Positions 35,879-45,468 of a stretch of 61,280 nt of DNA are shown piece after piece. Location: NCBI GenBank assembly GCA_964546765.1, contig CAZJKV010000001.1, positions 1-61,280 of the forward strand, given 5' to 3'. The DNA comes from an uncultured Chromatiales bacterium (GTDB taxonomy: Bacteria > Pseudomonadota > Gammaproteobacteria > SZUA-140). Below the pieces are notes generated by a model. It ran no database searches, was not told where the DNA came from, and saw nothing but the letters and a program-made list of their open reading frames with translations. Each line of letters starts with the position of its first letter. Within the stretch, counting starts at the first letter, position 1. A program made the position numbers and the translations under genes.

Positions 35879-37360
35879 TCACACGAATTCAGGGATGGGG
35901 CGACCTTCGATATTGCGGAGCGGCACATCCAGCAAGGCGCCGATGGTCGCGGGGATATCGACCAGGCCAGGCGTGGACCGGAGTTCGCCCTGGCTGTTGC
36001 CTGCCTGTCTCACGACGAGCATCGCGTTCGATGTGTGATCGCCGGTGCGACCCCAGGAATGCACGCCATCGATACGCCCGATCCGGGGGGATTCGATGGA
36101 GTCGAACGGCGACTCGCGATTCCAGACCACGAACAGGTCCGGCATGGTGCCCACCTGATCCCCCTGGATAACCTTCGCAACCCGTACCACCCGGCTGACC
36201 ACCGGGATCCCCGTGACCGGATCGATCATTTCGCCGAAGGCCTCGGCGAGTTCCTCGCACACCGCATCCAGGTCCCGCGGGTCGACCCGACCGAACGGTT
36301 CGCGCCCCTTGAGATTGATCCTGATCGCGCCGCTGTTTTCGTTATGCGGTATGGCGAAGAAACGACTGCGGCTCATCCTGAACATATCCAGGTATCGGTC
36401 CGCGATCCTGCTGCCCCTGACGAGCAGCGCCGGGGCCCGTGATGACCTCAGTTTTTTCGCGAAGTGGGACGGGTCGGCGTGACCCCTTCCCTCCAGTCGC
36501 GCGAGAATCCAGTGCATCACGTTGTTTGCCGTGTAATTGGGGCCCATGCCAAGTCCGCTGAAGACCATGACCGTTGTCGACTCGTCGACGTTTGCGACCA
36601 GCCGGCCGATGGCGGCATCGATCGCCGTATACACGGTCTTCAACGGGTCTCCATGCCGGGCCCGCCACTCGGGATCGTGCTTACAGTGCCCTGTATCGTG
36701 CATGTGCCAGGCCACGTGCCCGATATCGTGCGGTTCGGTGAAGCAGGTGGCGACGAAATCATGGCCGCCCCGCGCAAGCACCTCGGTGACGAGTCCCGAC
36801 TTCTGGCGAATCCGGTCGAGCAGGCGGTCGAGCAGCCACTTCTGGCTGTCGCTGTCCTTGCCGATCTTGTCGCTGTCGCCTTCGATCGGATCGTCGCCGA
36901 ATCGCTCGAGGACCTCGGCAGCAAAGCTCGCCGGGAAACCGCGGGGCGGACCATAGCGGTCGTGAATAAACCAGTCCACGAGGCACAGACCGTTCAGGTG
37001 TTTGGTGGTCGGCGTGTAGGGGATGTCGAGGATCGCCACCTTGCGCCCGGCGTCGCTGAGCTGGTTCCAGAACGGCGGGTACCTGAGATGCCTGTCAATG
37101 TCGAAGAGCATCGGGCGATAGCTGCGGGGGTAGAGCTGTCGCCTGAAGTAGCGGCCGTGGCGAGCGGGATTGACGCCGGTGACCAGGGTCGGCCACGTCG
37201 CGCCGTCGCCGAATCCCGGCAGCGTCTCGACTGCGCCGGAAATCCCGTCTCTGCAGAGCCTCGCGAGTTCCGGCAGGGAACCGTCATCGATCCAGCGACG
37301 GATCAGGGCTGGCTCTCCGCCATCGATACCGATGAACAAAACCGGCTGTATCGCTGCCAT
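35879..37360 (-). CDS. Alkaline-phosphatase-superfamily protein (type I phosphodiesterase / nucleotide pyrophosphatase-like)
   Basis: 493 aa. N-terminal FIGIDGGEP ... GFGDGATWPTLVTGVNPARHG resembles the metal/nucleophile region of NPP-type enzymes. Confidence 0.65.
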   Translation of the reverse strand: MAAIQPVLFIGIDGGEPALIRRWIDDGSLPELARLCRDGISGAVETLPGFGDGATWPTLVTGVNPARHGRYFRRQLYPRSYRPMLFDIDRHLRYPPFWNQLSDAGRKVAILDIPYTPTTKHLNGLCLVDWFIHDRYGPPRGFPASFAAEVLERFGDDPIEGDSDKIGKDSDSQKWLLDRLLDRIRQKSGLVTEVLARGGHDFVATCFTEPHDIGHVAWHMHDTGHCKHDPEWRARHGDPLKTVYTAIDAAIGRLVANVDESTTVMVFSGLGMGPNYTANNVMHWILARLEGRGHADPSHFAKKLRSSRAPALLVRGSRIADRYLDMFRMSRSRFFAIPHNENSGAIRINLKGREPFGRVDPRDLDAVCEELAEAFGEMIDPVTGIPVVSRVVRVAKVIQGDQVGTMPDLFVVWNRESPFDSIESPRIGRIDGVHSWGRTGDHTSNAMLVVRQAGNSQGELRSTPGLVDIPATIGALLDVPLRNIEGRPIPEFV

Positions 37361-37753
37361 ATTGTGACTTTATTATTATCCCCGAGACTGTAGGGGATGA
37401 TAGTCCAGTGATATAACACGGTCAACGAGTTCGACGTGAGGCCGTTCCGACGGTCCTCCATCGTCGCCAGCGCGCAGCGGTTCATTCGTGCCGGTGGCGG
37501 GAGAAGAATCCGGATCGGGCCGGTGCGGTTTTGCGAGTACACTGTGCGAGCAGCATGGCCCAGAATATTCCGTTAACATTGCCGCTATATATTGGGTTAA
37601 CCTTGATCGGGCGCGATCCTGTGAAGCCGGAAGCGGTTGCCGACCGGGCTGCGGAGGCAGCGGTCGCATGAGCGAGACTGGGCGATTGACATGAGAATAA
37701 ACGAACGATCGTGGCCGGTGCGCGGCCAGGGTCGCAACTGACGGAATACGAGA

Positions 37754-38728
37754 GTGCCCCGCGAACGGGAAGTATCCGCCGCCCAGCTGGATGCAGCGGG
37801 CGAGCAACAAGGTACCGCCATCCTGATCCTCAGTCACGTCCTCGACAAGGGCGTGGAAAAGATGTTTCGCGAGGTCTGGGAGGATTGCCGGGATCAATTT
37901 TCCGTTCGCTTCCTGTGCGACAACACTCGCGGCGTATTTGAACGTTACCGGTCAGATCCCCGCTACGTCCTGTTCACCACGAGCCAGCTGGAGGGGCTGG
38001 GGTATCCGGGCAAGCTATCACTCAATTACCAGGCGACGCCCGAGGCACGCACCAGGTATCACAAGGAACGCAATTTTCTCATGGGTAATGCCGAACTGCC
38101 CGTATTGCTGTACTACAGGGACAATCCCCGGTTTCGTTTCTACTGGGTAGTCGAATATGACGTGCGATATTCGGGATCCTGGCGTCAGTTCTTCCTGCAT
38201 TTCTCATCGAGCCGGGCCGACCTCCTCGCGACCTCGCTGGTTCGATTCCAGGAGGCCCCGGACTGGCCCCGCTGGGGCAGCATGAATTTCGCGGGCATGA
38301 ATATCGAGCAGCGCGATTATATCCGGGGATTTTTCCCGATATACCGGATATCAGTCGCCGCGCTGAACCGGATAGATGCCGGCTACCGGGCGGGCGTCGG
38401 CGGACATCATGAATGCCTGATGCCGACGATGCTCCACCATGCCGGGTTGTCTCTCGAGGATATCGGCGGAGACGGCGGCTTTGTCAGTCACGAAAACATC
38501 AACAGGTTCTACCGCAATAATCGTGTCAGCGACTCGCTGGCGCCGGGCACGTTCGTATTTCGCCCGGCCATCTACCTACCCGGCGATCAGCCGGATACAT
38601 TGTGGCATCCCGTCAAATTCCGTCCCGCATGGCGTAATCTTGCGTCAATACTGAAACGCCGCTTGTTCGGTCCTGCGCATGGCATCAGGAAGTCGATTCG
38701 CAAGGACGGGGAGGAGCTGGGACATTGA
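37754..38728 (+). CDS. Hypothetical protein, first gene of a three-gene glycan-type operon
   Basis: 324 aa, GTG start. No confident family call. The segment FYWVVEYDVRYSGSW reminds me of some uncharacterised transferase-like DUFs. Confidence 0.45.
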   Translation: MPREREVSAAQLDAAGEQQGTAILILSHVLDKGVEKMFREVWEDCRDQFSVRFLCDNTRGVFERYRSDPRYVLFTTSQLEGLGYPGKLSLNYQATPEARTRYHKERNFLMGNAELPVLLYYRDNPRFRFYWVVEYDVRYSGSWRQFFLHFSSSRADLLATSLVRFQEAPDWPRWGSMNFAGMNIEQRDYIRGFFPIYRISVAALNRIDAGYRAGVGGHHECLMPTMLHHAGLSLEDIGGDGGFVSHENINRFYRNNRVSDSLAPGTFVFRPAIYLPGDQPDTLWHPVKFRPAWRNLASILKRRLFGPAHGIRKSIRKDGEELGH

Positions 38729-39867
38729 AGGTCGCCTACGTGACGATATATGACTCGACAGACGTTCAGTCGTGGTCCGGCTCCGGATATCACATTCGAC
38801 GCGCGCTCGAGGATGCCGGTCTGGAGATTCTCGGCATCGGCGACCTTGAAACCGTGACTTCCTTGCAGTCACGGTTGAAGCGGCTGGTATATTCGAAATT
38901 ATTGCGCAAGCGATACCTCGAGAGTCGAGCGCCGGAGCTTCTGAAGGGCTATGCTGAACAGGTTGAACGTCAGCTTGCATACCGCGATGCGGATATCGTA
39001 TTCAGCCCGGGTACGGTTCCGATCGCGTATCTGCGGACGGATAAACCCATCGTATTCTGGACCGATGCGACGTTTGCCGGCATGGTCGATTTCTATCCGG
39101 GATTCTCCAGACTCAGCAGTGAATCCGTAAAAAACGGTAACGAGATTGAGCAGTCGGCGCTTTCGAGGTGCGAGCTTGCGATATTCAGCTCCGATTGGGC
39201 CGCGGATACGGCCAGGCAACACTATCATGTCGATCCCGCGAAGGTGCATGTCGTGCCGTTCGGCGCCAATATCGACTGCTCGCGAAATCCTGACGATATA
39301 GAGAAGATCATCGCTGGCAAGGATCGTGATACCTGCAGGCTGCTCTTCCTGGGCGTCGATTGGCACAGAAAGGGCGGGGATCGAGCCGTAGCGGTCGCCG
39401 ACGAACTGCACCGGCGGGGGGCACCGATAGAGCTGCATATCGCCGGCTGCGCTGCTCCCGACGGTCTGCCCGGGTACGTGGTTCAGCACGGCTTTATCTC
39501 GAAGGAGACCCCGGAAGGCAGGGCGTATCTGGACAGATTGATGCTCGAATCGCATTTCCTGATCCTCCCGACCAGGGCTGATTGCTGTCCGGTTGTGTTT
39601 GCCGAGGCATGCTCATTCGGCCTGCCCTCCCTGACCACACGGGTCGGCGGAGTGCCTACGGCTATCAGGGACGGGGTGAACGGGCGTACGTTCCCGCCGG
39701 ACGAAGGGATCGAAGTCTGGTGTGATTACATCCAGTCGATGATGGCATCGGAACAGGAATATCGTGAGCTGGGGCGTGCCGCGTTCAGGGAATACTCGAC
39801 CAGGATGAACTGGGCCACCGCCGGTGCGAGGGTCAGGGATCTCTTGCAGCAGATTCCATCCCGCTGA
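38725..39867 (+). CDS. GT4-type (GT-B fold) glycosyltransferase
   Basis: 380 aa. The C-terminal half has the typical ..LLFLGVDWHRKGGD.. and E..FGLP..E motif region (FAEACSFGLPSLTTRVGGVPTAIRDGVNG). Its TTG start overlaps the upstream stop (TTGA). Confidence 0.8.
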   Translation: MKVAYVTIYDSTDVQSWSGSGYHIRRALEDAGLEILGIGDLETVTSLQSRLKRLVYSKLLRKRYLESRAPELLKGYAEQVERQLAYRDADIVFSPGTVPIAYLRTDKPIVFWTDATFAGMVDFYPGFSRLSSESVKNGNEIEQSALSRCELAIFSSDWAADTARQHYHVDPAKVHVVPFGANIDCSRNPDDIEKIIAGKDRDTCRLLFLGVDWHRKGGDRAVAVADELHRRGAPIELHIAGCAAPDGLPGYVVQHGFISKETPEGRAYLDRLMLESHFLILPTRADCCPVVFAEACSFGLPSLTTRVGGVPTAIRDGVNGRTFPPDEGIEVWCDYIQSMMASEQEYRELGRAAFREYSTRMNWATAGARVRDLLQQIPSR

Positions 39868-40688
39868 TGGGCCGATCGATCGAGCCGGTGTTTTTCAGCG
39901 CCATGAGTGTTGCCGTGGCTTGCGCCGTGATGCTGCTGGTACTGCTCGTTCCCGGCATTGCTGCCACGGAGGCTCGGGGATCCGCTAATTTGTCCGTGGA
40001 GCAGGCGCGCTCGATCGGGGAGAAGGTCTGGCACAACGAGGGCCTCGGCAAGGTCGAAAACCTGACCGTCTGGAACCAGGGCGAGGACTTCCCGTCATTC
40101 GGTATCGGCCACTTCATCTGGTACCCGACCGGTGTCGATAATCCGTTCCAGGAAAGTTTTCCGCAACTGCTGACCCATCTCAAGCAGACCGTCGCCTTGC
40201 CCGCCTGGCTTGAAAGGGCCGACAGCGCGCCGTGGCGCAGCCGGGAGGATTTCCATGCCCGCATCGACAGTCGCGAAATGAACGAGCTCAGACAGCTGCT
40301 GCAGGATACGATTCCCCAGCAGGTCGAGTTTATTGTGCTGCGTATGGAATCGGCGCTGCCGAAGATGCTTGAGACGCTGCCGGATCCTGCGCAGCGTGCA
40401 CGGGTCGAGCGTCAGTATCGTCGCGTCTCAGCGGCGCGCACCGGATCGTATGCGCTGATCGATTACGTCAATTTCAAGGGTGAGGGGACGTCACCGGAAG
40501 AGCGATACCGGGGCGAAGGCTGGGGCTTGCTACAGGTCCTCGATCACATGCGCGACGACGGCGACGCTATGCAGGAATTCGTGCGTGCCGCCGACTTTGT
40601 CCTGACCCGTCGCGTAGCTAACGCCGATCGCGACGAATCCCGCTGGCTTCCCGGCTGGCGCAATCGCTTGCGGACATATCTGGACTAG
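39867..40688 (+). CDS. Hypothetical secreted protein
   Basis: 273 aa with an N-terminal signal-like segment (AVACAVMLLVLLVPGIAATEA). Its ATG overlaps the upstream TGA by 1 nt. No domain recognised. Confidence 0.5.
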   Translation: MGRSIEPVFFSAMSVAVACAVMLLVLLVPGIAATEARGSANLSVEQARSIGEKVWHNEGLGKVENLTVWNQGEDFPSFGIGHFIWYPTGVDNPFQESFPQLLTHLKQTVALPAWLERADSAPWRSREDFHARIDSREMNELRQLLQDTIPQQVEFIVLRMESALPKMLETLPDPAQRARVERQYRRVSAARTGSYALIDYVNFKGEGTSPEERYRGEGWGLLQVLDHMRDDGDAMQEFVRAADFVLTRRVANADRDESRWLPGWRNRLRTYLD

Positions 40689-40736
40689 GCGCGATCTGGC
40701 CGCCATCTCCGGGGTCGGCCTGCTAGAATCCCGATC

Positions 40737-42377
40737 ATGACCTGGTCCCTGATCATTACCTTCTTCGGCGGTGTCGGCCTGTTCCTGCTCGGAATGAAGC
40801 TGATGACCGATGGCCTCAAGGTCGCTGCAGGCAACCAATTACGCGATATCCTCTCGCGCGGGACAGCGACGACAGGGCGCGGGATACTGTCCGGGATCGT
40901 CATTACCGCGATGGTGCAGTCCTCGACCGCGGTGATCGTCGCCACCATCGGCTTCGTCAATGCGGGCCTGATGACACTGTTCCAGTCGGTCGGCGTGATC
41001 ATCGGCAGCAATGTCGGCACCACGGCTACCAGCTGGCTGGTTGCGCTGATCGGCTTCAACGTCAATATCCAGGCCCTCGCGATGCCGGCGATCGCAGTCG
41101 GCATGGCGCTGCGCGTCAGCGGCGGCCGCTCGCGGCGCGGCGCGATCGGTGAGGCGCTGACAGGCTTCGGCATCTTCTTCCTCGGCATCGATTTTTTGCG
41201 CACAGCCTTCGGCGATGTCGGCGATTTTTTCGATCTCGAGCGCTTCGCCGGCGGCGGTATCGGGAGCCTGCTGCTGTTCATCGCGATCGGCATCGTCATG
41301 ACGGTGTTGATGAACTCCTCGAGCGCTGCGCTTGCGGTGATACTGACTGCCGCCGGTACCGGTGTGATCCCGATGAGCGCCGCCGCCGCGATGGTGATCG
41401 GCGCGAACATCGGCACGACATCGACAGCACTTTTTTCGGTCATAGGCGCGACGTCGAATGCAAAGCGGGCGGCGATGGCGATGATGTTCTTTGCGCTGCT
41501 GACCGGCGCAGTCGCATTCATGGCGCTGCCGCTGTTGCTCGGACTGGGCAAGGGCATTGCAGGCCTGTTCGGACTCGATCCCCAGCCGGCGATAGTGCTC
41601 GCGATATTTCATACCGCGACCAAGCTGCTCGGTACCGCAATGGTTTGGCCCCTGACGCCATGGCTGGTGACGCGACTGGAGAGGCTGTTCGTGACCGCGG
41701 AGGAGGACAAGGGCCGTCCGCGCCACCTCGATCGCAATGTCGCCGGTACTCCGGCGCTCGCGCTGGAGGCGCTGGGCATGGAGCTGGCCCGGATCGGCGC
41801 GATCGCGCGCAGCGCCGCATCGGCCGCGATCAGCGCCGGTCATACCCTCGGGCCCTCGCTGGAGCAGGACAAGGCGGCGGTCGAGCGGCTGATATTCGCG
41901 GTCGGCGAGTTCACGAGCGAGGCGAACCGCAAATCAGAACTCCCCGAGGGCATCGCGCACGCCTTCGCGAGCGGGGTTCGAATCACCCAGTACTATGACG
42001 ACATGCTGGAACGCGCGCTCGCAATCGACCGCGGCGGCAGGGAGGAGATACAGGACGAGGAACTCGCTGCGATCGTCAACAATTTCCGCCGGCGGGCGAT
42101 CGGCCTGATCGGTATGACCGATGCATCGACCGGGGACTTCGACCCGGCGCGCCTGCGCGAGGCACAGTCACAGACCGAGTCCGCCTACCAGGAGGCCAAA
42201 CAACGCCTGATCCACGCCGGCGCCGCAGGGCGAATACCGGTCCGCCACATGGTTTCCAGGCTCGATGAAATCTCGAATATCCGCCGTATCCTTGACCAGG
42301 CCGTCAAGGCGGCCATTTATACCCATGACTACGACCACGAGCTGGGCCGCAGTCCCGGTGCGGATCTGGTAAAATAG
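40737..42377 (+). CDS. Na/Pi cotransporter family protein with a C-terminal PhoU-like region (YjbB/NptA-like)
   Basis: 546 aa. FFGGVGLFLLGMKLMTDGLK and duplicated QSSTA/NSSSA motifs are characteristic of Na/Pi cotransporter II-related proteins. Confidence 0.85.
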   Translation: MTWSLIITFFGGVGLFLLGMKLMTDGLKVAAGNQLRDILSRGTATTGRGILSGIVITAMVQSSTAVIVATIGFVNAGLMTLFQSVGVIIGSNVGTTATSWLVALIGFNVNIQALAMPAIAVGMALRVSGGRSRRGAIGEALTGFGIFFLGIDFLRTAFGDVGDFFDLERFAGGGIGSLLLFIAIGIVMTVLMNSSSAALAVILTAAGTGVIPMSAAAAMVIGANIGTTSTALFSVIGATSNAKRAAMAMMFFALLTGAVAFMALPLLLGLGKGIAGLFGLDPQPAIVLAIFHTATKLLGTAMVWPLTPWLVTRLERLFVTAEEDKGRPRHLDRNVAGTPALALEALGMELARIGAIARSAASAAISAGHTLGPSLEQDKAAVERLIFAVGEFTSEANRKSELPEGIAHAFASGVRITQYYDDMLERALAIDRGGREEIQDEELAAIVNNFRRRAIGLIGMTDASTGDFDPARLREAQSQTESAYQEAKQRLIHAGAAGRIPVRHMVSRLDEISNIRRILDQAVKAAIYTHDYDHELGRSPGADLVK

Positions 42378-42383
42378 CCGGGA

Positions 42384-42710
42384 ATGGCTGAGGAGGAAGA
42401 CATCGTGTCTGACGAACAGGCGGAAGCGACATTTGACGAGGCGGCGTGGCGCGCCGTCGATCTCGGGAATCATCTGGCCCAGGTGGATGAAGAGGCCGAT
42501 GTCTGGGATATCGCGGACGGCCTGCTCGCCGGCGTGATCCAGTACTGGCTGTATTCACGCGAACCCTGCGATAACCCGCGATGCGAAGACTGTGCCGAGT
42601 ACAGTACCGCCGAACAGCGGCTGGCGGCGCTGAAGCGCCTGGTGCGTCAGTATGCCGAGGAGAGCGAGTACTATCACTCGCAAAACGATACCAACGTCGG
42701 ACGGGCCTGA
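42384..42710 (+). CDS. Hypothetical acidic 108-aa protein (possibly DUF3144-like)
   Basis: ORF only, starting 6 nt after the transporter stop. The family guess comes from memory of general composition and is weak. Confidence 0.45.
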   Translation: MAEEEDIVSDEQAEATFDEAAWRAVDLGNHLAQVDEEADVWDIADGLLAGVIQYWLYSREPCDNPRCEDCAEYSTAEQRLAALKRLVRQYAEESEYYHSQNDTNVGRA

Positions 42711-42718
42711 GCCGGCCG

Positions 42719-43126
42719 TCACTCGTCGTTGTCGTCGGTGCCCCAGTCGTCGTCGGTGACCGCCTCGATTTCAGCGCCGATCGCGGAGACGTCCTCTTCG
42801 CTGTCGGCATAGACTTTTTCGTTGACCGCCTTCTGGCGCCGTCCCGACGTGTGCGAGACCGTGACCGGTTCGGAGCGCAACTTGAAACCCCGTCTCGCCT
42901 TGGCAAACGCACCTTTCAGCTCCTGCATGACTTCGGACTCGTCGTCGCGCAGTTCACGCAGCTTGGGCGCCACAATCCCGCGATTGTAGGTCAGGATCCC
43001 GTTGCGCTTGAGGTTGAACAGATACATCGTTTCCGGATTGCCGGTGTCCAGCCGCTTGTCCTCGACGACCGGACTGCTCTTGTCACCTGCCTCCAGATAT
43101 CCGCACCAGATGAAATTCTTGGCCAT
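42719..43126 (-). CDS. Hypothetical 135-aa protein with a very acidic C-terminus
   Basis: ORF only (MAKNFIWCGYLEAGDKSS... ...DDDWGTDDNDE). Confidence 0.45.
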   Translation of the reverse strand: MAKNFIWCGYLEAGDKSSPVVEDKRLDTGNPETMYLFNLKRNGILTYNRGIVAPKLRELRDDESEVMQELKGAFAKARRGFKLRSEPVTVSHTSGRRQKAVNEKVYADSEEDVSAIGAEIEAVTDDDWGTDDNDE

Positions 43127-43363
43127 GGCTTTTCATGCTCTAGCAATGGGACGGTCGACCACTACATGTGGCCGCAAATATATTTCGGTATCCGGCAGAA
43201 AAGCAAGCGTTTCCGGTGTCCCCGGACGGCCCCTCGGGCGGCGTGAGCGACTGCCGCCCGGGGCAGGATATCGACTCGTCAACAGGCTGTTGGACAACGA
43301 CGGAGGCAGTGTGGTTCTGATTGCAATATCCCCCGGCTCCAGGCCGGGCGCACGGGCCGGACG

Positions 43364-43825
43364 ATGAGACCGGAAACCCCGCTGGTCGCGGTCGATATCG
43401 TCATCGAGCATGGCGCCGGCGACCGGATCGTCCTGATCGAACGCCGCAACCCGCCCCATGGCTGGGCGCTGCCGGGCGGATTCGTCGACGTCGGGGAGAC
43501 GGTCGAGAAGGCCGCCGTGCGCGAGGCCCTGGAAGAGACCGGGCTCGCGGTGAAGCTGCAGTGCCTGCTCGGGTGCTATTCCGATCCGGCCCGCGACCCG
43601 CGTGGACACACCGTCAGCCTGGTCTATGTCGCCGCGAGTCAGGGTGAACCGCAGGCCCGCGATGATGCCGCGGCGGTTCGGGTCGTCGATCCCGCAGCCC
43701 CGGGCGTCGCGCTGGTGTTCGATCATGCGCGCATACTCGACGACTATCGCCGTTATCGCGAGTCCGGACGATCTCCGGGCTGGATCGTGTCACCGGGGGT
43801 GTCCGGAGGGCGCAAATTTTGCTAA
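43364..43825 (+). CDS. NUDIX hydrolase
   Basis: 153 aa with a Nudix box, GGFVDVGETVEKAAVREALEETGL. Confidence 0.85.
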   Translation: MRPETPLVAVDIVIEHGAGDRIVLIERRNPPHGWALPGGFVDVGETVEKAAVREALEETGLAVKLQCLLGCYSDPARDPRGHTVSLVYVAASQGEPQARDDAAAVRVVDPAAPGVALVFDHARILDDYRRYRESGRSPGWIVSPGVSGGRKFC

Positions 43826-43877
43826 TAATTACAATCATGAAATCCGTCAAGCGGGTGAATCAGGGGTTCTTGCGGTG

Positions 43878-44510
43878 ATGGATACGAGACACATGTGCGG
43901 GCATCCGGACTGGCGCCGGTGGGGATTGCCGGTGCTGTTTGCCATGCTGCTCGGAGCGACTGTCCAATCCGGCGCCGGGCCCGGACAGGTTGCCGCATAT
44001 GGGGCAACGAACGCCGACACGAACGGCACGCCCTGGATCCTGATCGACAGCCACCAGCGCACCCTGACGGTGATGGAGGACCGGGAGCGGCCGTTGCAGG
44101 TCTTCAGGAACGTGGCCTTCGGCCGGGGCGGGGTCGCGCCGTTACGGCTGTCCGGCGACGGCAAGACGCCGACCGGGGAATTTTATGTCGCATGGATCAA
44201 TCCGGACAGCCGTTACCATCTGTTCTTCGGCCTCGACTACCCGACCCCAGCGCATGCCGAAGAGGGGTATCGCCGAAATCTCATCGACGTCGATACCTAC
44301 GTGAGGATACGCGAGGCCCATCACAGGCGCCGGTTGCCGCCGCAGGATACCGCACTCGGCGGCGATATTGGCATACACGGAGTCGGCGATCACGACCCGG
44401 ACATCCACCGGCTATTCAACTGGACGATGGGTTGTGTCGCGCTGACCGATCAGCAGATCGAGGAACTCGCCCCGTGGGTGACCCTTGGCATGAAGGTGGT
44501 GATTCGCTGA
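43878..44510 (+). CDS. L,D-transpeptidase (YkuD-domain) family protein
   Basis: Trimmed to the ATG at 43878, because the longer ORF overlaps the NUDIX gene. It has a signal-like N-terminus and the catalytic region IGIHGVGD...NWTMGCVALT (H ... G-C). Confidence 0.8.
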   Translation: MDTRHMCGHPDWRRWGLPVLFAMLLGATVQSGAGPGQVAAYGATNADTNGTPWILIDSHQRTLTVMEDRERPLQVFRNVAFGRGGVAPLRLSGDGKTPTGEFYVAWINPDSRYHLFFGLDYPTPAHAEEGYRRNLIDVDTYVRIREAHHRRRLPPQDTALGGDIGIHGVGDHDPDIHRLFNWTMGCVALTDQQIEELAPWVTLGMKVVIR

Positions 44511-44529
44511 AGGCCGCTTCCCTGCGCTG

Positions 44530-45354
44530 TCAGGCGCTGCGCTTGTGCTCCGAGACCCGCCAGGTTCCGTTCTCGATGGTGACTTCGATGACATCGCCCT
44601 CGTTGTGTGCGGCCTGCGCCTGCTTGAGCTGCTTCGCCGGCCGGGCATGCGCCTGGCGATGTTTCCTCAGGATTTTTTCCCGCGCATTGTCGTAGGCATT
44701 CTGCGTCAAGACCCCGTTATCGAGCAGGCGGCGATGCTCGCACAACTCGACGCCGAGCCGCTGGTAGGGCTTGCGCGGGTCGTGTCTGTGGGCGGACTGC
44801 ACATGCTGGATCAGTGTGCGCAGGAAAGCCGTGAATTCTCCGCGCGACGGCGCGTTGTTGGCCATCTCCAGGAATACCGCGTCGCCGGAGACGCTGTGAA
44901 GGCGGACGAGATTGCGTGAGCGCAGGGAGAACAAGCCGAGCGCGACAAGGGTCGCGCAACCGAGCACGACGGTGACAGGAAGCCAGGGTTGCTGCAGCCA
45001 GGGCGTCGTGGTGAAAATGCTCAGCACAATCATGAAAGATACCGAGATGGCGAGGCCGCCGGCGATGTAAAGTGAGCGCCAGTCGGTGACCGAGAGCAGG
45101 TGCGGCGTCGGATCAAGGAATCCGAGATCGACCCAGTATCGCTTCGCCTTCTTCCACGGCCGTTTCTGGTGAATCGACAGGAATCGGCCGTCGAAGATCG
45201 TGTAATGGGCGGATTGCAACCGCAGGTGGCTGACCTGGAACAGTTCGATCAGTCTGGAAGGCTGCGGGCGCGGGTCGCCGGCCTCGGAGGCCATGCGAAT
45301 CTCGTCGTCAGGACGGGATGCGTGATTGCCGGTATCCGGATCTGTGGGCTTCAT
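44530..45354 (-). CDS. Hypothetical membrane protein (2 TM) with a SHOCT-like C-terminal segment
   Basis: 274 aa. Two adjacent TM helices lie mid-protein. LLDNGVLTQNAYDNAREKIL resembles a SHOCT motif. Confidence 0.5.
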   Translation of the reverse strand: MKPTDPDTGNHASRPDDEIRMASEAGDPRPQPSRLIELFQVSHLRLQSAHYTIFDGRFLSIHQKRPWKKAKRYWVDLGFLDPTPHLLSVTDWRSLYIAGGLAISVSFMIVLSIFTTTPWLQQPWLPVTVVLGCATLVALGLFSLRSRNLVRLHSVSGDAVFLEMANNAPSRGEFTAFLRTLIQHVQSAHRHDPRKPYQRLGVELCEHRRLLDNGVLTQNAYDNAREKILRKHRQAHARPAKQLKQAQAAHNEGDVIEVTIENGTWRVSEHKRSA

Positions 45355-45468
45355 CTGTGCTGCCTCCGCTGCAGTCGGGTGATAGGGGATATTATCGACA
45401 CGGGTACGCCTGATTCCGTGACCGAATGGACAATTCCGGGACAGGACGCGCGGGGTTCGCGGAAGGTC

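Noticed and set aside
34400-36442. 680-aa plus-strand ORF spanning the MFP gene, the intergenic region and part of the NPP-like gene
   Set aside because: It runs antisense across two well-supported minus-strand genes and an intergenic gap. It has no recognisable motifs and its composition is shadow-ORF-like.
40685-41843. Two long minus-strand ORFs (290 aa and 334 aa) opposite the Na/Pi cotransporter
   Set aside because: The plus-strand protein has the diagnostic Na/Pi cotransporter motifs. The antisense translations are Ala/Arg/Pro-rich shadow frames.
41955-41985. T-loop-like GGTTCGAATC string suggesting a tRNA
   Set aside because: It lies inside the Na/Pi transporter coding frame, and the flanking bases cannot form T-stem or acceptor pairing.
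43602-43877. N-terminal 92 codons of the 302-aa ORF 43602..44510
   Set aside because: This part overlaps the NUDIX gene in another frame. The ATG at 43878 gives a signal-peptide-like N-terminus for the L,D-transpeptidase.
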